DNA from: Squalus acanthias
Taxonomy: Eukaryota
Length of the DNA stretch: 64,000 nt
Direction of reading: 5' to 3'
Assembly: GCA_030390025.1 (NCBI GenBank)
Contig: JASTWF010000356.1
Coordinates: 1-64,000, forward strand
This document shows, piece after piece, positions 25,050 through 37,759 of the stretch. The notes beneath the pieces were generated by a model that had not been told where the DNA came from, searched no databases, and worked only from the letters and a program-made list of their open reading frames with translations. Numbering within the stretch: position 1 is the first letter of the stretch; each line of letters begins with the position of its first letter. The position numbers and the translations under genes were made by a program.

Positions 25050-27150
25050 TCATTGTTGATCTTTACTGATCAACCCGGTTTTCGGCATTGTATTTAGTTC
25101 GTTTTCATAAGGTGGACAATATCCCTTTGGGAAAGGGCGCATTTTTAGACAATCTTCTTCATCATAGTCATCCTGGTTTGATCTTTTTCTTTCCTTTCTC
25201 TCTAGTACTTTCGCAGCTCTTTTTACAGATGCTACTGATTCTACTGTTTGTGCAAACATATTTCTCACTCTGATCCACATTATACAAATGAATATAAATA
25301 AAACTCCTGTCACTACACAAATTATAACCATCGGGTGAAAAAAAGAATTCCAACACTGCAGATGCTTTAGGTGACCATCCTTTAAACACATCCCACCAGT
25401 GGTGTACCGTCAAATCTGTTATTTGCATAGCTATTCGATTCAAACCTTGCTCATCATAATCCAACACTGCTTTTAAATGGTGCCGATCTCAGCCTCTTTT
25501 CGCTAAAGCTTCTGCTATCTGTTCATTGTTTTTCAAAAATTTCGTCAGAGTAGCCAAATTGACTATAGGGGGTCATTTTCTATCCCCAATACAGTTCTTC
25601 TTTGCATTACCGTAGCCCATTTCCCCAACTGATATGTGTTGTTGGTATGTTGGTCAAACAAAGTATAAACATCTTTTTTGCAAGTGTTTAAAGGGGGCCT
25701 TTTAAATTCCCGTCTACATATATAGGCCAGGCACTGCGGGTACACAGATAGTTCTGGCCTATCTCATGCAAGGTAGTATCATTACAAGGATTCAAATTCC
25801 AAATGCATGTACCTCTACTATGTTGTAATGAGCAAGGTTCATATATAGGGATATGCAATGGGCATACTTTTCCAAAAAGCCAATATTGGCAATCTGAGGC
25901 ATCGTGGGTCTTATTCCCCTGATCTATCCATTTACCATAAAATTCGGGATACCAAAAGTTTTCTCCAAACAGTTGGGGCAATACCAAGAATTGACACCAG
26001 GTTTTGGCTTTTGTCACATTTACCACTTTCATTGTAAAATTACATCCCTTAAGGTCACATTTAGTATATCTTCGATCAGGTTTTACTTCTAGATTATTTC
26101 CTTCAAATCCGTAAATTCTCATCCAACTAGGAGCATGTCCTGACATAGCGAATCGCTCTAGCTCAGCCCTCAGTACTGCTTGGTAATTTCTTTAAACATA
26201 CATTGAGTATGATTATTGACTTTCTCTTGTCCCTTTGCAACATTCTCTTGTTCATTTTCTACCTTATCTACTTGCTTCCAACTCATTGTATCTGATATCC
26301 ACTGTGTTAACATCGCTGCTGTCAGCCCATTGTCCCAAGCATTTCTTAATTTTATAGCATCTCATGTCAGCCCTCCTACTTGCTGTATTTTATTCTGCAA
26401 TGTTTCAATATCTATTACATTAAGGGCTCCCATACCAGTTCCTACTCCTCCCAATACCGTTGCTGAGTCCCTTCTCCTTCTCCCGATCCTAACTCTCTTC
26501 TTCAATTTGGCTTGTATAGTAGTAATATTACATCCAGTATCTTTTTTATCCTCATATTGTACCTGTACTGTCAAATTTAGACTATATGGGGAGATCAAGA
26601 CCGGGGTACAGGTAGAATGCAATCTTTGCAAATGGTCCATAGGACTCTCTATCTGTTTCGTTTTCGTTGCAAAGAATGTTTCCCCATACCAGTGAGGTCT
26701 TCCTTCTGTAAGAGTTGCATTCACGCATTCGTCCGCCTGACCGTCTTTCAAATATATCGGTTGTTCCATGTCTCCGGTTCTTGTGTCATTTCTATACCAT
26801 TTCCATAGTTTAGTATAATTGTTTAGTATGTCAGATTCATTCTCTATCCTGCAACTTATGTTCACTGCTTTTTCCCATTTTATACTTAGAGTTATACTGG
26901 ATCCTTGGCTAAATACTATTTTGTCCATCCCAGATTTCATTTCGAACATCCTACAGGCTTCGCAATTAATCGTCCAATTGGCAGTTACACAAATGTTGCC
27001 ATTGTTACAAGTGTAAGTTCCCTGCGATTGGTTACTGTCTATCGCCTTCCATCCTAACTGGCCTGCCCATTCTGTTCTTTCAGTAGGCAGGATGGTCCAG
27101 GCGGCTGTCCTTATTACACATAGGCCGATTATTAGCATCTGGTTTAACAT
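25050..27150 (-). pseudogene. env: ERV envelope glycoprotein, disrupted
   Basis: Signal-peptide-like start, N-glycan sequons, furin site RRRR then DSATVLGGVGTGMGALN, Cys-rich ectodomain, TM helix IICVVTGVLFIFICIMW. Confidence 0.88.
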
Positions 27151-27249
27151 ATTTCCTGATTTATCCTCGAAATCTTTAAATTTTCCTAATTATTGTTATA
27201 CAGCATTGAATATAAACATATATAAAGCAATCCGAAAGTAATCAGTCCT

Positions 27250-30200
27250 TCAATGGAGTGCCAAATTATGGTGGGCACGGATCTTTTCCCGTTTCTGAAG
27301 TGGTGTCTGGTGCAGTATGTTTACACTCCACCTCCGTGTTTCCTCCGGATGATGCAACTTGCACCTTGTAGCGTGTACCCAATCAGGTGTTTCTTTCAAT
27401 TTGAGAGCTGTTCGAGTTGTAAGCAGCACCAAATATGGTCCTTTCCACCTAGGAGAAGAAGATTCTTTATTTAGCGCTTTCACCTAAACTTGATGTCTGG
27501 ATTTATAGGGGTGCATGTTTCCTTCTGTGGGGCGCGTCTGGGCCTGTCTCACTTTCTCATGTATTCTTCCTGCTGTTTCACACATGGGCTAAGCATATTT
27601 TAATGATTTTTCATAATTCCAAATTAATGCCACTTTCTCTGGAGTCATGGGTGGGCGTGTTCCTGTTGTCATAGGCCGGCCCATCAAGATCTGATATGGT
27701 GTCAGACCTGTGTTTCTATTTTTCTGATTTCTCAGGGCATACATTACTAGTGGCACGGCCACCGACCATTGCAACCCATTTTGCTGGCATACTTTGGTTA
27801 GGGCGGCCTTGATTTCCCCATTCACTATTTCCACTACTCCTGAGGATTGTGGTTGGGAAGGTATGTGCAATTTCCATTGAAATCCAAGGGCTTCAGTTAA
27901 GTTATTTGAAATGAGTTCCTCTGTCACTGTTTATTCCCATAGGTATTCCAAATCTAGGTATTATTTATTTTAGCAGAATGCTTACTACTCTCTGGCATCA
28001 TCCCTCCTAGTGGGGTATGCCTCTACCCATCTGGAGAACATATCTACTATTACCAGTATGTACTTAAATCCTTTTACTGCGGGCATATGTACAAAATCTA
28101 TCTGGAGATTCTCAAAGGGCAGCTCTTGTTGGGGCAGGGGATCAATATTTGTTGTCGATTTCCCTCTATTGTTCTGCTGACATACTAAACACGTTCTGGT
28201 AACTTTTTTATTTGTTACCGTTATTCCTGGTGCATACCATTGTTGGGACAATGCATGTGCCATCCCTCCTTTTCCCATGTGAGCCTGTCCATGTGCCAGG
28301 CGAGACAGGGGAAAAAACAAGCTTCTTGGGCAAACCACTCGGCCATCAGGATGCATCCATGCATCATGATCTTGATAGCAACCTGCCTTACTCAAAGTAC
28401 GTTTTTCTTAGACTGTTGCCTGACTTTGGGCCTGTCGTAGTAGATCAGCATCAATGCTACTAGGAAGTTCTGGAGGAACGTTACTAACGGTATTTTTGGC
28501 TGCTTGAAGCTGTGGGGCCTGCCTTAGAGCGATCTCTTTAGCCGCACTATCAGCAAACCTATTTCCACACGAGACTTCATCACCTGCCATGGTGTGGGCC
28601 TCACATTTTAGTACTGCAATTTTACTTGGCAACTGAATAGCCTCCAACAAATTTAACACCATTTGCACATGCTTAATAGGTTTTCCTGAGGATGTAATAA
28701 AACCTCTGTTTTTCCATAATTGTCCAAAATCATGCACTACCCCAAATGCATAACGGGAGTCAGTATAGATATTGACGCTTTGATCTTTAGCCAAAATACA
28801 GGCTCTGGTTAATGCATATAGTTCAGCTGCCTGTGCAGATGTGCCAGGTGGCAACGCATAACCTTCCAATACTTCATGAGGAGTCACCACCGCATAACCT
28901 GCTAATAGTTGATCATCACTAGGTCGATGCGAAGAACCATCCGTGAAGAGGATCAAGTCAGGATTATCAATAGGATTACTGAGCAAATCTGGCCTGGGTG
29001 TAGTGGTGGCTTCAAAAGTTAACAAGCAGTCGTGCTCTGGTTCATCTGGATATTCTTTTGGTATTGGCACGAAGGTCGCCGGTTTGACAGCTGGTAATCG
29101 CTGGTAGGTATAATTAGAGTGTGACAAGAGGATTATCTCATACCCAGTCCTTCTTGCCGCCGTAAAGTGCTGAGTAGCTGCCGAATTTAATAATAGCAGT
29201 ACTGCGTGGGGAACGATTACCACACAAGGGTGATCAAGCACAATAGGGATGGATTTTTCCACTATTGTGGCTGTTGCAGCAATGGCTCTGAAGCAGGCTG
29301 GCATGCCTCTCACTACGGCTGCTAAGGCTACAGAGTAATATGCTACAGGCCTTTTTCCTCCCCCATGTTCTTGTGCCAGTACTCCTGTTGCAAAGCCTTC
29401 TCTTTCATTGACTAATAACTGAAAAGGCTTATTACACTTAGGTAGTCCTAACGCGGGAGCACTGACCATAGCCTATTTTAGATCACTGAATTCCTTATCT
29501 CGTTCTGACGTCCATTCGACTATGGGGGGCTCTGTCTGCAGCGTAGCTGATCGTTAGACCGCATCCATTTATCTGTAGTCATATATCAATTGTCTACAAT
29601 AACGCACCATTGCCAGAAACGACAAAATGTCCTTCTTTGTTCGCGGGATCGGCACTTTATCCACTGCTCTTATTTTTTCCAGTCCCAATCTTCGCTGTCC
29701 ATACTGCAACTGAAAACCCAAATACTGGACGGACGTTTGGCAGAACTGCAACTTATCGGAGGACACCCTGTGTCCTCTGCTAGCCAGATGCTGGAGCAAT
29801 TTTATAGAATCTTTTTGGCAGTCTGGCCCGGTTCGGGAGGCAACCAAATGGTCATCTGCGTATTGGATTAAGGTGGACTGATCCGATAACTGACATTCCT
29901 CCAAGTCATTTTAACCGCTGCCACATACACCGCAGGACTTTCAGTATACCCCTGGGGTAACCTGGTCCAGGTATATTGCTGATTTTTATAAGTAAAGGCA
30001 AACAGATATTGACTGTCCTTATGCAGTGGTATGGAGAAGAAAGCAGAACACAAATCGATAACCCAAAAGGTAGTTGCATCAGCTGGTATAGAGGAGAGGA
30101 TGATGTTGGTATCTGGCACCAAGGGAGCAATGGGAATGACTATTTTATTGATCGCCCGGAGATATTGCAGAAAACGCCAGTCATTTGGTCTTCCCACTTT

Positions 30201-31445
30201 CGGGATAGGGCAAAATAGGAGTGTTGCAGGGGCTCTGTGTTTTGACTAAAACCCCTTGCTGCAGTAAAGAATGTATTACCACTGCTATTCCTTCCTCGGC
30301 CTCTGGGGCCAGGCGGTACTGCTTTAGACAGGGCAAAACAGCATTCTTCTGTCGCTGGACCCTATGTTCAGGTGCCGAATGCACTTTTCCCACCAGATTC
30401 TTGTGCTTTGCCCATAATTCAGACGGTACTTTAGTCAATGCCCATGGTAACAATTGCGGATTTTCCTTAGGGGGCTGCTGTCTTTCAAAAATAGTATCCC
30501 ATTCTTTTCTTAACTGGTAATTTTTCCTTCTGTTTCATTAAATAATTCTATCTCCACCTTTCCAGCTTGAATTGACAACGTGATGGAATAGACTGGCTTA
30601 TGGTGTTGTATAATTTTTATCATCTCCCCCACTTCCTTCGCCTTAGCCGGGGCTCTGACTGCTATAGTCTGGTGTGGTTCGGATGTGTGATGCATCCTAA
30701 ATCTTTCTTTTTGTTCGTGTGTAAGATGATCCAACATTCCCAGGCCTTTATCTCCAAAGAATAAATAAGGTGAAATCTGCAGCAATTCTGGCTGGTTTAT
30801 GTATGAGCAAACCAATTATTGATAATTGGGTGTTTCTTTATGCGGGTACCATGCCGTACAATGGGTCAGTTTCTTTTCTTTACTGGTTTCAATTAGATAT
30901 TGTAAATACTGCCCCTGAGGATCTTCCAATTCCTGCAAGGCTTGGTATATATATTTTACCAATTGGCCATAAGGATTGCTATTCAGCTGCCAGCAGTACA
31001 AAATGGGGGCTCCGTCTACTTGCTTTTCCTCTATCATTAAATTCATTAGCTGATGAGTTTGTATTTGAGGCAGTTCCATGAACATGCCGTCTCGAGGGCT
31101 GTATATAACTGCTCCCAATTTACATAAAGCCTGTCTTCCCAACATAGGGAGAGGGGCGGTCTGGGAAATTATGAGGGTGTCTGTGACGGATTGCCCGTGC
31201 ACTTGAATTTCGGTAGGTTTGGAGAGGGGTTCTAACATAGGGATACCGGCTACTCCCATGCTTAAAACGGTAAATTGACTGGCGGGTATATCCACGGAGC
31301 GGGGTACAGAGGACATTGTTGCACCGGTATCGACCAGAAGGTCCAAATGGCTATTTCCTATTTTAACTGTAGCCATAGGCTATTCACTCATGGATTTGGA
31401 CAATCTGATCACAGCCGCCTGTACCACCGCTTCTCCGTGGCACCC
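27250..31445 (-). pseudogene. pol: ERV pro-pol (protease, extra domain, RT, RNase H, integrase), disrupted
   Basis: LLVDTGA; LPQGYTESP; QYADD; LFTDGSS and YTDSRYAFG; HGQAH...CLVC; LQIDF; WKGPYLVLLTT. Confidence 0.97.
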
Positions 31446-33192
31446 CTATGCAGATGGATTAGTGCTACTGAAAGAAAAGGAAGTTCCTTCTGCCCCTGGA
31501 GCTGGATACCTTCCTTGTTGGCCGTACCCCTGCTGTGGCCTTGGGGGGCATCGGCAATCTCTCGCCCAATGTCCTCTTTTCCCACAGTTCCTACATTCAT
31601 CCTGTGATCTATCTCTCATTTGCCATTGTCCTCTTTTCCTTCCTCTGCCTTACCATAACCTCCTCTTCCTGCAAATCCTCTTCTATTCTGTTGGAAATAT
31701 TGTCCCGCTGTTTTTGGCTTTTGCTCTTTCGACTGAGTAAAGAGTCCTTCCCTATCCATATTTACCAGAGCAGTAATTACGTCCGCCCAGGGCTGAGTCT
31801 GCCAATTAAGATTAATCATGTTAAAGGCTTGAGCCTGACGTGGTAACATGCAGCTTAGCAGTGTTTGTACTGCCAAAGGTCCATTGTCTATTAACTGAAT
31901 TCCTGCATGTTAATCCCACTTTCTTTTAAATCAAGCTACAAAATCAGGAATTGTCTCCTCCTTTCTTTGCAGACATCGAGTAACTTCTCCTATGTCACTA
32001 TGCTTCTTGGCTCCTCTCATTATAGCCTCTTTATCTCTATGGTCTAACCAGTTGTACATCATCTTGTCGCCAATCTCCATTTTCTCCCGGGGGATCAGCA
32101 AATCCGTCCCTTAGGGTCGACCATGAGGACCCATACGCACATTTTAGCAGCATTAGCAAATCCCCAGGAAGAGGGCTGTAAATGGTGCACATTTGTTCTA
32201 GCCAATGATGAAAGGCAGTGGGCTTCTTTAAGGGGTCTGGTGCCTCGGCTATCATAGCTCTAGCTTCCGCTGGGGACCATGGTTTCAACATTGCCACCTC
32301 TCCTATCATGACTCGAGGAAGTTGATGGGTAGCAGTGTCAGGTTCGAGCGCGTCTCTGTCTCTAGGGGCTGTTTATTTTGTTAGTAACCTAGTTGTAGGT
32401 CCTTTACGTGAGGGTAGGTCCTGTACATTACTACCAGGCAGTGCAGCAGCTCCTGCTCCGAGTGCCTCTGCTGGAGGAGGAGGTTCAATTACGGGTTCAT
32501 CTGTGGGTGGGGGTGGAGCTCCAGGCTGTGCCCCTGGTGGGGGTACAACTGGCTGTGGTGCCGCTAGACCTGCTGGATTGTGTGGAGGCGGCGCCGGAAA
32601 TCGTGCCGATTGCTGTCTTAGAGCAGCCGCTATCATTAGTAAATTATCTAACTCTTCCCCCATCTCAACCGGATCTCCCGCTGGGGTTCGGGGATACATT
32701 CCCACAACAGGAGCCTTAGGCTGCATCTCTTCCTTTGTCTGACTAGCCTCTGCCTCTTCCTGTTTCCCCTTCTTCTTCGGGGATTGGTGTCTTTTAGCTA
32801 CTTCCATCCACCCAGCAAAGCACCATAACATATAGGGGGTGTCCCACTCAGGATCCCTCCATTATTTCTAGTAATTTCATCCCATTATTTTATTTAAGGC
32901 ATTTTAAACCTTCCCCCATAAGGCCAATCTCCACCCGACCATCCATGCAGATCACTACTAAAAGTTACCACATACCGATCGTCTCCTGTTTCTTTTATTA
33001 CAGTATCGGCTGGCGATCCCGGTGGAACGATGGGATCTCCTACCTTTTTTCGATGTCGCACGAGATTTTTATTCTGTCATTCGTTCTTTTACATATCTTG
33101 AATTTACCATTCGCAGCCTCCTCTATTACCTTGCCTCGGGCTCCGTTCTTGGCAGGGTCGGACGAATCCGCTCGACTGCCGTTATTTCCCAT
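31446..33192 (-). pseudogene. gag: ERV gag, disrupted; ends in a TAG in frame with protease (readthrough type)
   Basis: Starts MGNNGS (myristoylation-type); Pro-rich region; capsid-like KPWSPAE; zinc knuckle CRNCGKRGHWARDC near 31555-31600; TAG at 31446-31448 followed by GGG. Confidence 0.9.
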
Positions 33193-33647
33193 CTTCTCCT
33201 AACTCCTGTAACTTAGTTTAAAACTTACTGGTTATAAAACCGCGGGTTATTTTATATACACAAAATGGAATGAGCGCTCACCGGTTTTTCCATCCGCGAG
33301 TCTCGAAATCAACCCTTTATTCTCTTTGTAGCTGCTTAATTCGGTGCCACAGTCTTTTCTCTATTCTCAGCAGTCTTGCCTCAGCCGGACGGGCTTCTTG
33401 GTTCAGCATGAGTCACCGGCCGGATAACTAGCCAACCGCGTGCTGTCCCCCTTTCAGCTGGGACGCACTGGGTGCTCTCCCCTTTTCAGCTGGGAGGCAC
33501 CGGGCACTTTCCTTTTACTTTTTGTAGAGTCCCTTTTTAAAAAAAAATCATTTTTCTAATTGGAGCCTTAGCGGGGAAAGTGATATACAAGGTCGACGCT
33601 ATACCCAACTTAAACCTTCTTAGCTATTTTGGATCCCGTTGTTACGG

Positions 33648-33665
33648 AACCTGCCGACTACGCCA
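33648..33665 (-). other. Primer binding site complementary to the tRNA-Ser 3' end
   Basis: Plus strand CCTGCCGACTACGCCA matches the 3' end of vertebrate tRNA-Ser(AGA-type) including CCA; 5 nt from the LTR. Confidence 0.9.
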
Positions 33666-33670
33666 AATTC

Positions 33671-34064
33671 TGTCGTGGAAATTAACTATCAGACAGAGAC
33701 TTCGATGTTCGCTTTAGGAATGTATTTAATTATATCATGGAGAGTCTGCAGCAGTCCCTACTGCTCACCAGCACTCTAAATTACTGTTGTACAGCGCTGA
33801 TAGTTATACAGCAAGGTAAACAACGTCATGTGATTAGTTTACCTTACATTTCAACGTATGGTTTCATAGGTTCCATTGTTTCTTAAGAAACAGATTAACA
33901 TGTTCACATTTTATCACCAGATGTCCTAAGCCAAAAGGTCAGCTTGACTTTATTATGGCAGTCAGCAGTTCTTTTAGTCTTAACTAGTTTAGTGTCCTTT
34001 GTTCAATTAGTAAAGTGGTCAAGTATCCCAGCATGCCTTAATGTTTAATACGTTTCCTCCCACA
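33671..34064 (-). repeat. ERV 5' LTR
   Basis: Direct repeat of 24651-25043, adjacent to the PBS. Confidence 0.95.
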
Positions 34065-34069
34065 CCAAG

Positions 34070-35490
34070 CTTATTAGCCACACTTTGTGCATTTACACAC
34101 TTAGAACTCTTTTAACTAAAAAACACTCTCCCAGTTCTCTGTGCTGCTATTTTTCTACTTTTTAATACTACATCGTGGTGCACAATCCCCCGGCGAATTA
34201 GTTGAAACCGACCCCAACAGCAATCGTTAACGTGCCCACAAGTATATTGATCCCAGCTCCGTTGAGGTACTACCCGTCCATGTTGAACAGGTCTCTCCTG
34301 CCACAGAACTGGTACGAATGTCCCAGGAAACTGAAGACCTCCCTCCAGCACCATGTCTCTAGCCATGCATTAACCTTCCAGATCTTCCTATTTCTACTTT
34401 CACGAGCGCATCCTGGCACTGGGAGTAATCCAGAGATTGCCATTTTTCAGGTCCTGCTTTTTAACTTCTCCCTGGCTCATTAAACACTGTCTGCAGGACC
34501 TCAGCCCTCTTTCTCCCTATATGCTGTATCTGACATGAACCAGGACTTCTGGATCTTGGTGAAGAAATTTCTGCACCCTCTCCGTTATTTCCCTTACCCG
34601 AGCACCAGGCAGGCAACATAGCATACGGGTCTCACGTCGACGGCATCAGGACTGCCTGACCGTCCCCCTGAATATAGAATCCCAAATTATTACTGTATTC
34701 CTACAACTTGCTGTAGCCCCTGTGCAGTCTTTGCCTCGCGGTGCCAGGCTCGGCACTGCACTTCTTTGAGGTGTCGTCACCCTCACCAGTAACCAATGGT
34801 GAATATCGGTTTGAGAGTGCCACAATCCCGGAGGATACCTGCACTGCCTGCATCGTCCCACCCTTGTGAGAGGCCACCAACTTGCCATTTTGTATTCCAT
34901 CAGTCTGTGCAGTATCAACCTCCTGGGTCCTGCGATCCAGGACACACTCAGCCACCCGTAGGCCCTGCAGTGAATCCAGCTGCCGCTCAAGATCAGAAAC
35001 CCTCAGCGTGAGTTCGGGCAGCTGGAGGCACTTAATCCAAAAATGGGCATCCGGGACGCCTGAAACGTCCTGAAGTTCGCACATGGCGCAGGAATTGCAG
35101 GCTACGGGTCGTAGCTGTCGCTCCACCCTAATTAGAAACTTAAAATAAACTACTTAGATACAAGGTGATTCATAGAATAGCTGTTAACTATTTCTATACT
35201 ACACAGCAATTATTGTATCCGCGCCTCAAACCAAAATACCCAATTACTAAATTATTTACTGAAGCTTAACAGGAACCACCGAGTTACAAAATACAAAGAA
35301 GCTAATATTGGATACTTAATTTAGAATTATTGGCTGCACTCCATCTTTTCAGCTGGATATGAGAATCAGCGTTTCTCCTCTCCACCGAATTTTTACTATC
35401 ACCTCATTCAAATGCTTCCACCCAGCTTGCAATCCATTCCGATTGTGTTTTACTGAGCTCTGTCTCCCTGACTCTGATTATATTTAATTT
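34070..35490 (-). mobile_element. CR1 LINE 5' portion (5' UTR, ORF1 zinc-finger/SGNH esterase, start of ORF2)
   Basis: VACNSCAMC, LSNRYSPL, VIIWDSIFRG (GDS block); inverted paralogue at 54380-55760. Confidence 0.85.
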
Positions 35491-35511
35491 CATTATGTTT
35501 GAAATTAGTCA

Positions 35512-36828
35512 TTGTCATAGAGTCGTAACGGCACTGAAGGAGGCCATTCGGCCTTTCGAGTCCGTGCCGGCACTCTGTGGAGCGATCCAGTCAGGCCCAT
35601 TCCCCCGCTCTATCCCCGTAGCACTGCAAGTTTATTTCCCTCAAGTGTCTATCCAGTCTCCCCTTCAAAACACTGATTGTCTCCGCTTCCACCACTTACG
35701 TCGGCAGCGAGTTCCAGGTCATCACCACTCGCTGTGTAAAAAGGTTTTCCCTCACATCTCCCCTGCATCTGTTGCCAAAACCTTAAATCTGTGTTCCCTA
35801 GTTCTTGTAACATCAACTTGTGGGCACAGCCTTTCCCCGATTAACCTATCCAAACCCGTCATAATCTTGTACACCTCTGACAAATCACCCCTCAACCTCC
35901 TTTGCTCTAATAAAAAATAATCCAGCTTCTCCAACCTGTCCTTGTAGATAAGATCCCCCATCCCCGGAACTACTCTGGTAAATCTGCTCTGCAGCCTCTC
36001 AAGGGCCTTCACATCCTTCCTACAATGTGGTGACCAGAACTGGAAGCAATACTATGGTTGTGGCCTAACCAGCATTTTATAAAGGTTAAACATAATTTCT
36101 CATCTTTGGAACTCAATATCTCTACTTATGAAGCCCCAGATCCCATACGCTTTGCTAACCACTCTCTCAATATGCCAAGCCACCATCAGGTCTCTCTGTC
36201 CCTGCAAACTCTTTACAACTGCGCCATTCAGTGTATATTGCCTCTCTCTGTTCCTTCTGCCAAAATGCATCACCTCACACGTTTCTATATTAAATTCCAT
36301 TTGCCACTTGGCTGCCCATTCTGTTAACCTTTCTATTTCCTGCTGTAATCGATTGGTATCATCCTCACTGGCTGCATCACCGCCAAGTTTGGTGTCAGCT
36401 GCAAATTTAGAAATTCTAATCTGTATTCCAATATCCAGCAGTGACACTTGGGGAACACCACTATCTATCATACTCCAGTCCGAAAAAAGCCATTTACCAC
36501 AACTCGCTGTTTTCTATCATTGAGGCAATTCCTTATCCAAGCTGCCAGTGATCCACCTATTCCAAGAGCCTCAATTATATAACCAGCCTTCTCTGTGGTA
36601 CTTTGTCAAACGTCTTCCTAAAATCCATGTCGAAAACATTCATTCAATTCCCTTCATCAATCCCCTCTGTAACTTCGTCAAAACATTCAATTAGATGAGT
36701 CAAACACGATCTGCCTTTTACAAATCCGCGTTGGCTCTCTTTAATTAGCTTAAACCTCTCCAAGTGCCCGTTAATTCTTTCATTGATTATTGTTTCTAAA
36801 TCTTTTCCCACCACTGATGTTAAACTAA
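35512..36828 (-). mobile_element. CR1 LINE RT/3' fragment
   Basis: ISKFAADTKLGG, WQMEFNIETCEVMHFG; absent from the inverted paralogue near 54360. Confidence 0.9.
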
Positions 36829-37759
36829 ATTAATAGCTTTTGCTTCAATGTTTTTATTAATACCTTGTGCTTTTATGTCCTTACCCTGATATGAAAGGAC
36901 TAAACTCACTCACAGTGTCAGCTGCCAACTCCAGCTCTTGCCCACGGTATCTACAACTGATGAATTGTAACCAGGGGCTAAAACCAGAAGACATCACAAA
37001 GGAGCCAGGAGTCAATCACACAGCAGCCAGCGCAGGCCGCGCCCACTGGCGGTGTGACAGGGTGACATGACCAGACTCTGCTCCTGGTTCAGTCTCACTG
37101 GACTGGAGCACAGGTTGCAGGATCAGTCCATGAGTGTTGTGGCCCTGTCTCCGATTCCAGCTTCCGCCTAACGACGTCCCTTGCATGGGAGCACAGCCTC
37201 GCAACTTTAATCTTCACGACTCATGTGTCCCGACCTCGTAATGTGAAGTTTCACAATCAAATGCCCGTCCCACCACCCATCCACGTCATCCTTCATCGAA
37301 CCGAAGATCTGGGAAGCTGAATTCAGCAGGATGCGGTAAAGAGATGTTCTGCTGCTGATGGACAGAAATGTCCCAAGGGCAGTGTTGGTGCCTTTAGATA
37401 GGTGAGCAAGGTGGGCATTGGCGATTGAGACTGAACATGTCCTTCCTCTTTCGCATCATTGTCTTGTCACTTGCACAGTCCTGCAAATGTGCTGTCAGGA
37501 AATGAAGGACATCTGAAGAACGGATTTGGTCATCAAAGAGGAGCTGAAATAAAAGAATTGATGAGGACAAAGATGGAAAGTTTCCTCAGTTTGATGTCAC
37601 ACACCTGTAATATCCCAGCAGCAAATACAGAAACATCGTAATGTACAGCGGGAGCAGACAGGGGCTTAGCTCTAGGGATTGCTGCTGGACCCGCAGAGTT
37701 AGTGTTGCAGGTTCCCAGGATCAGCTCCAGTGTTTGGGATGTTTCGGGCTCTTGCGCTC

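Larger units (their letters stand above)
24651..34064 (-). mobile_element. Full-length defective endogenous retrovirus with gamma/epsilon-like (class I) gag-pol
   Basis: Two ~393-bp LTRs with TG...CA ends, PBS, gag, pro, RT, RNase H, IN, env in order; many stops and frameshifts. Confidence 0.97.

Noticed and set aside
25043..25060. Epsilonretrovirus-style accessory genes between env and the 3' LTR
   Set aside because: env ends within a few bases of the PPT and LTR, leaving no room
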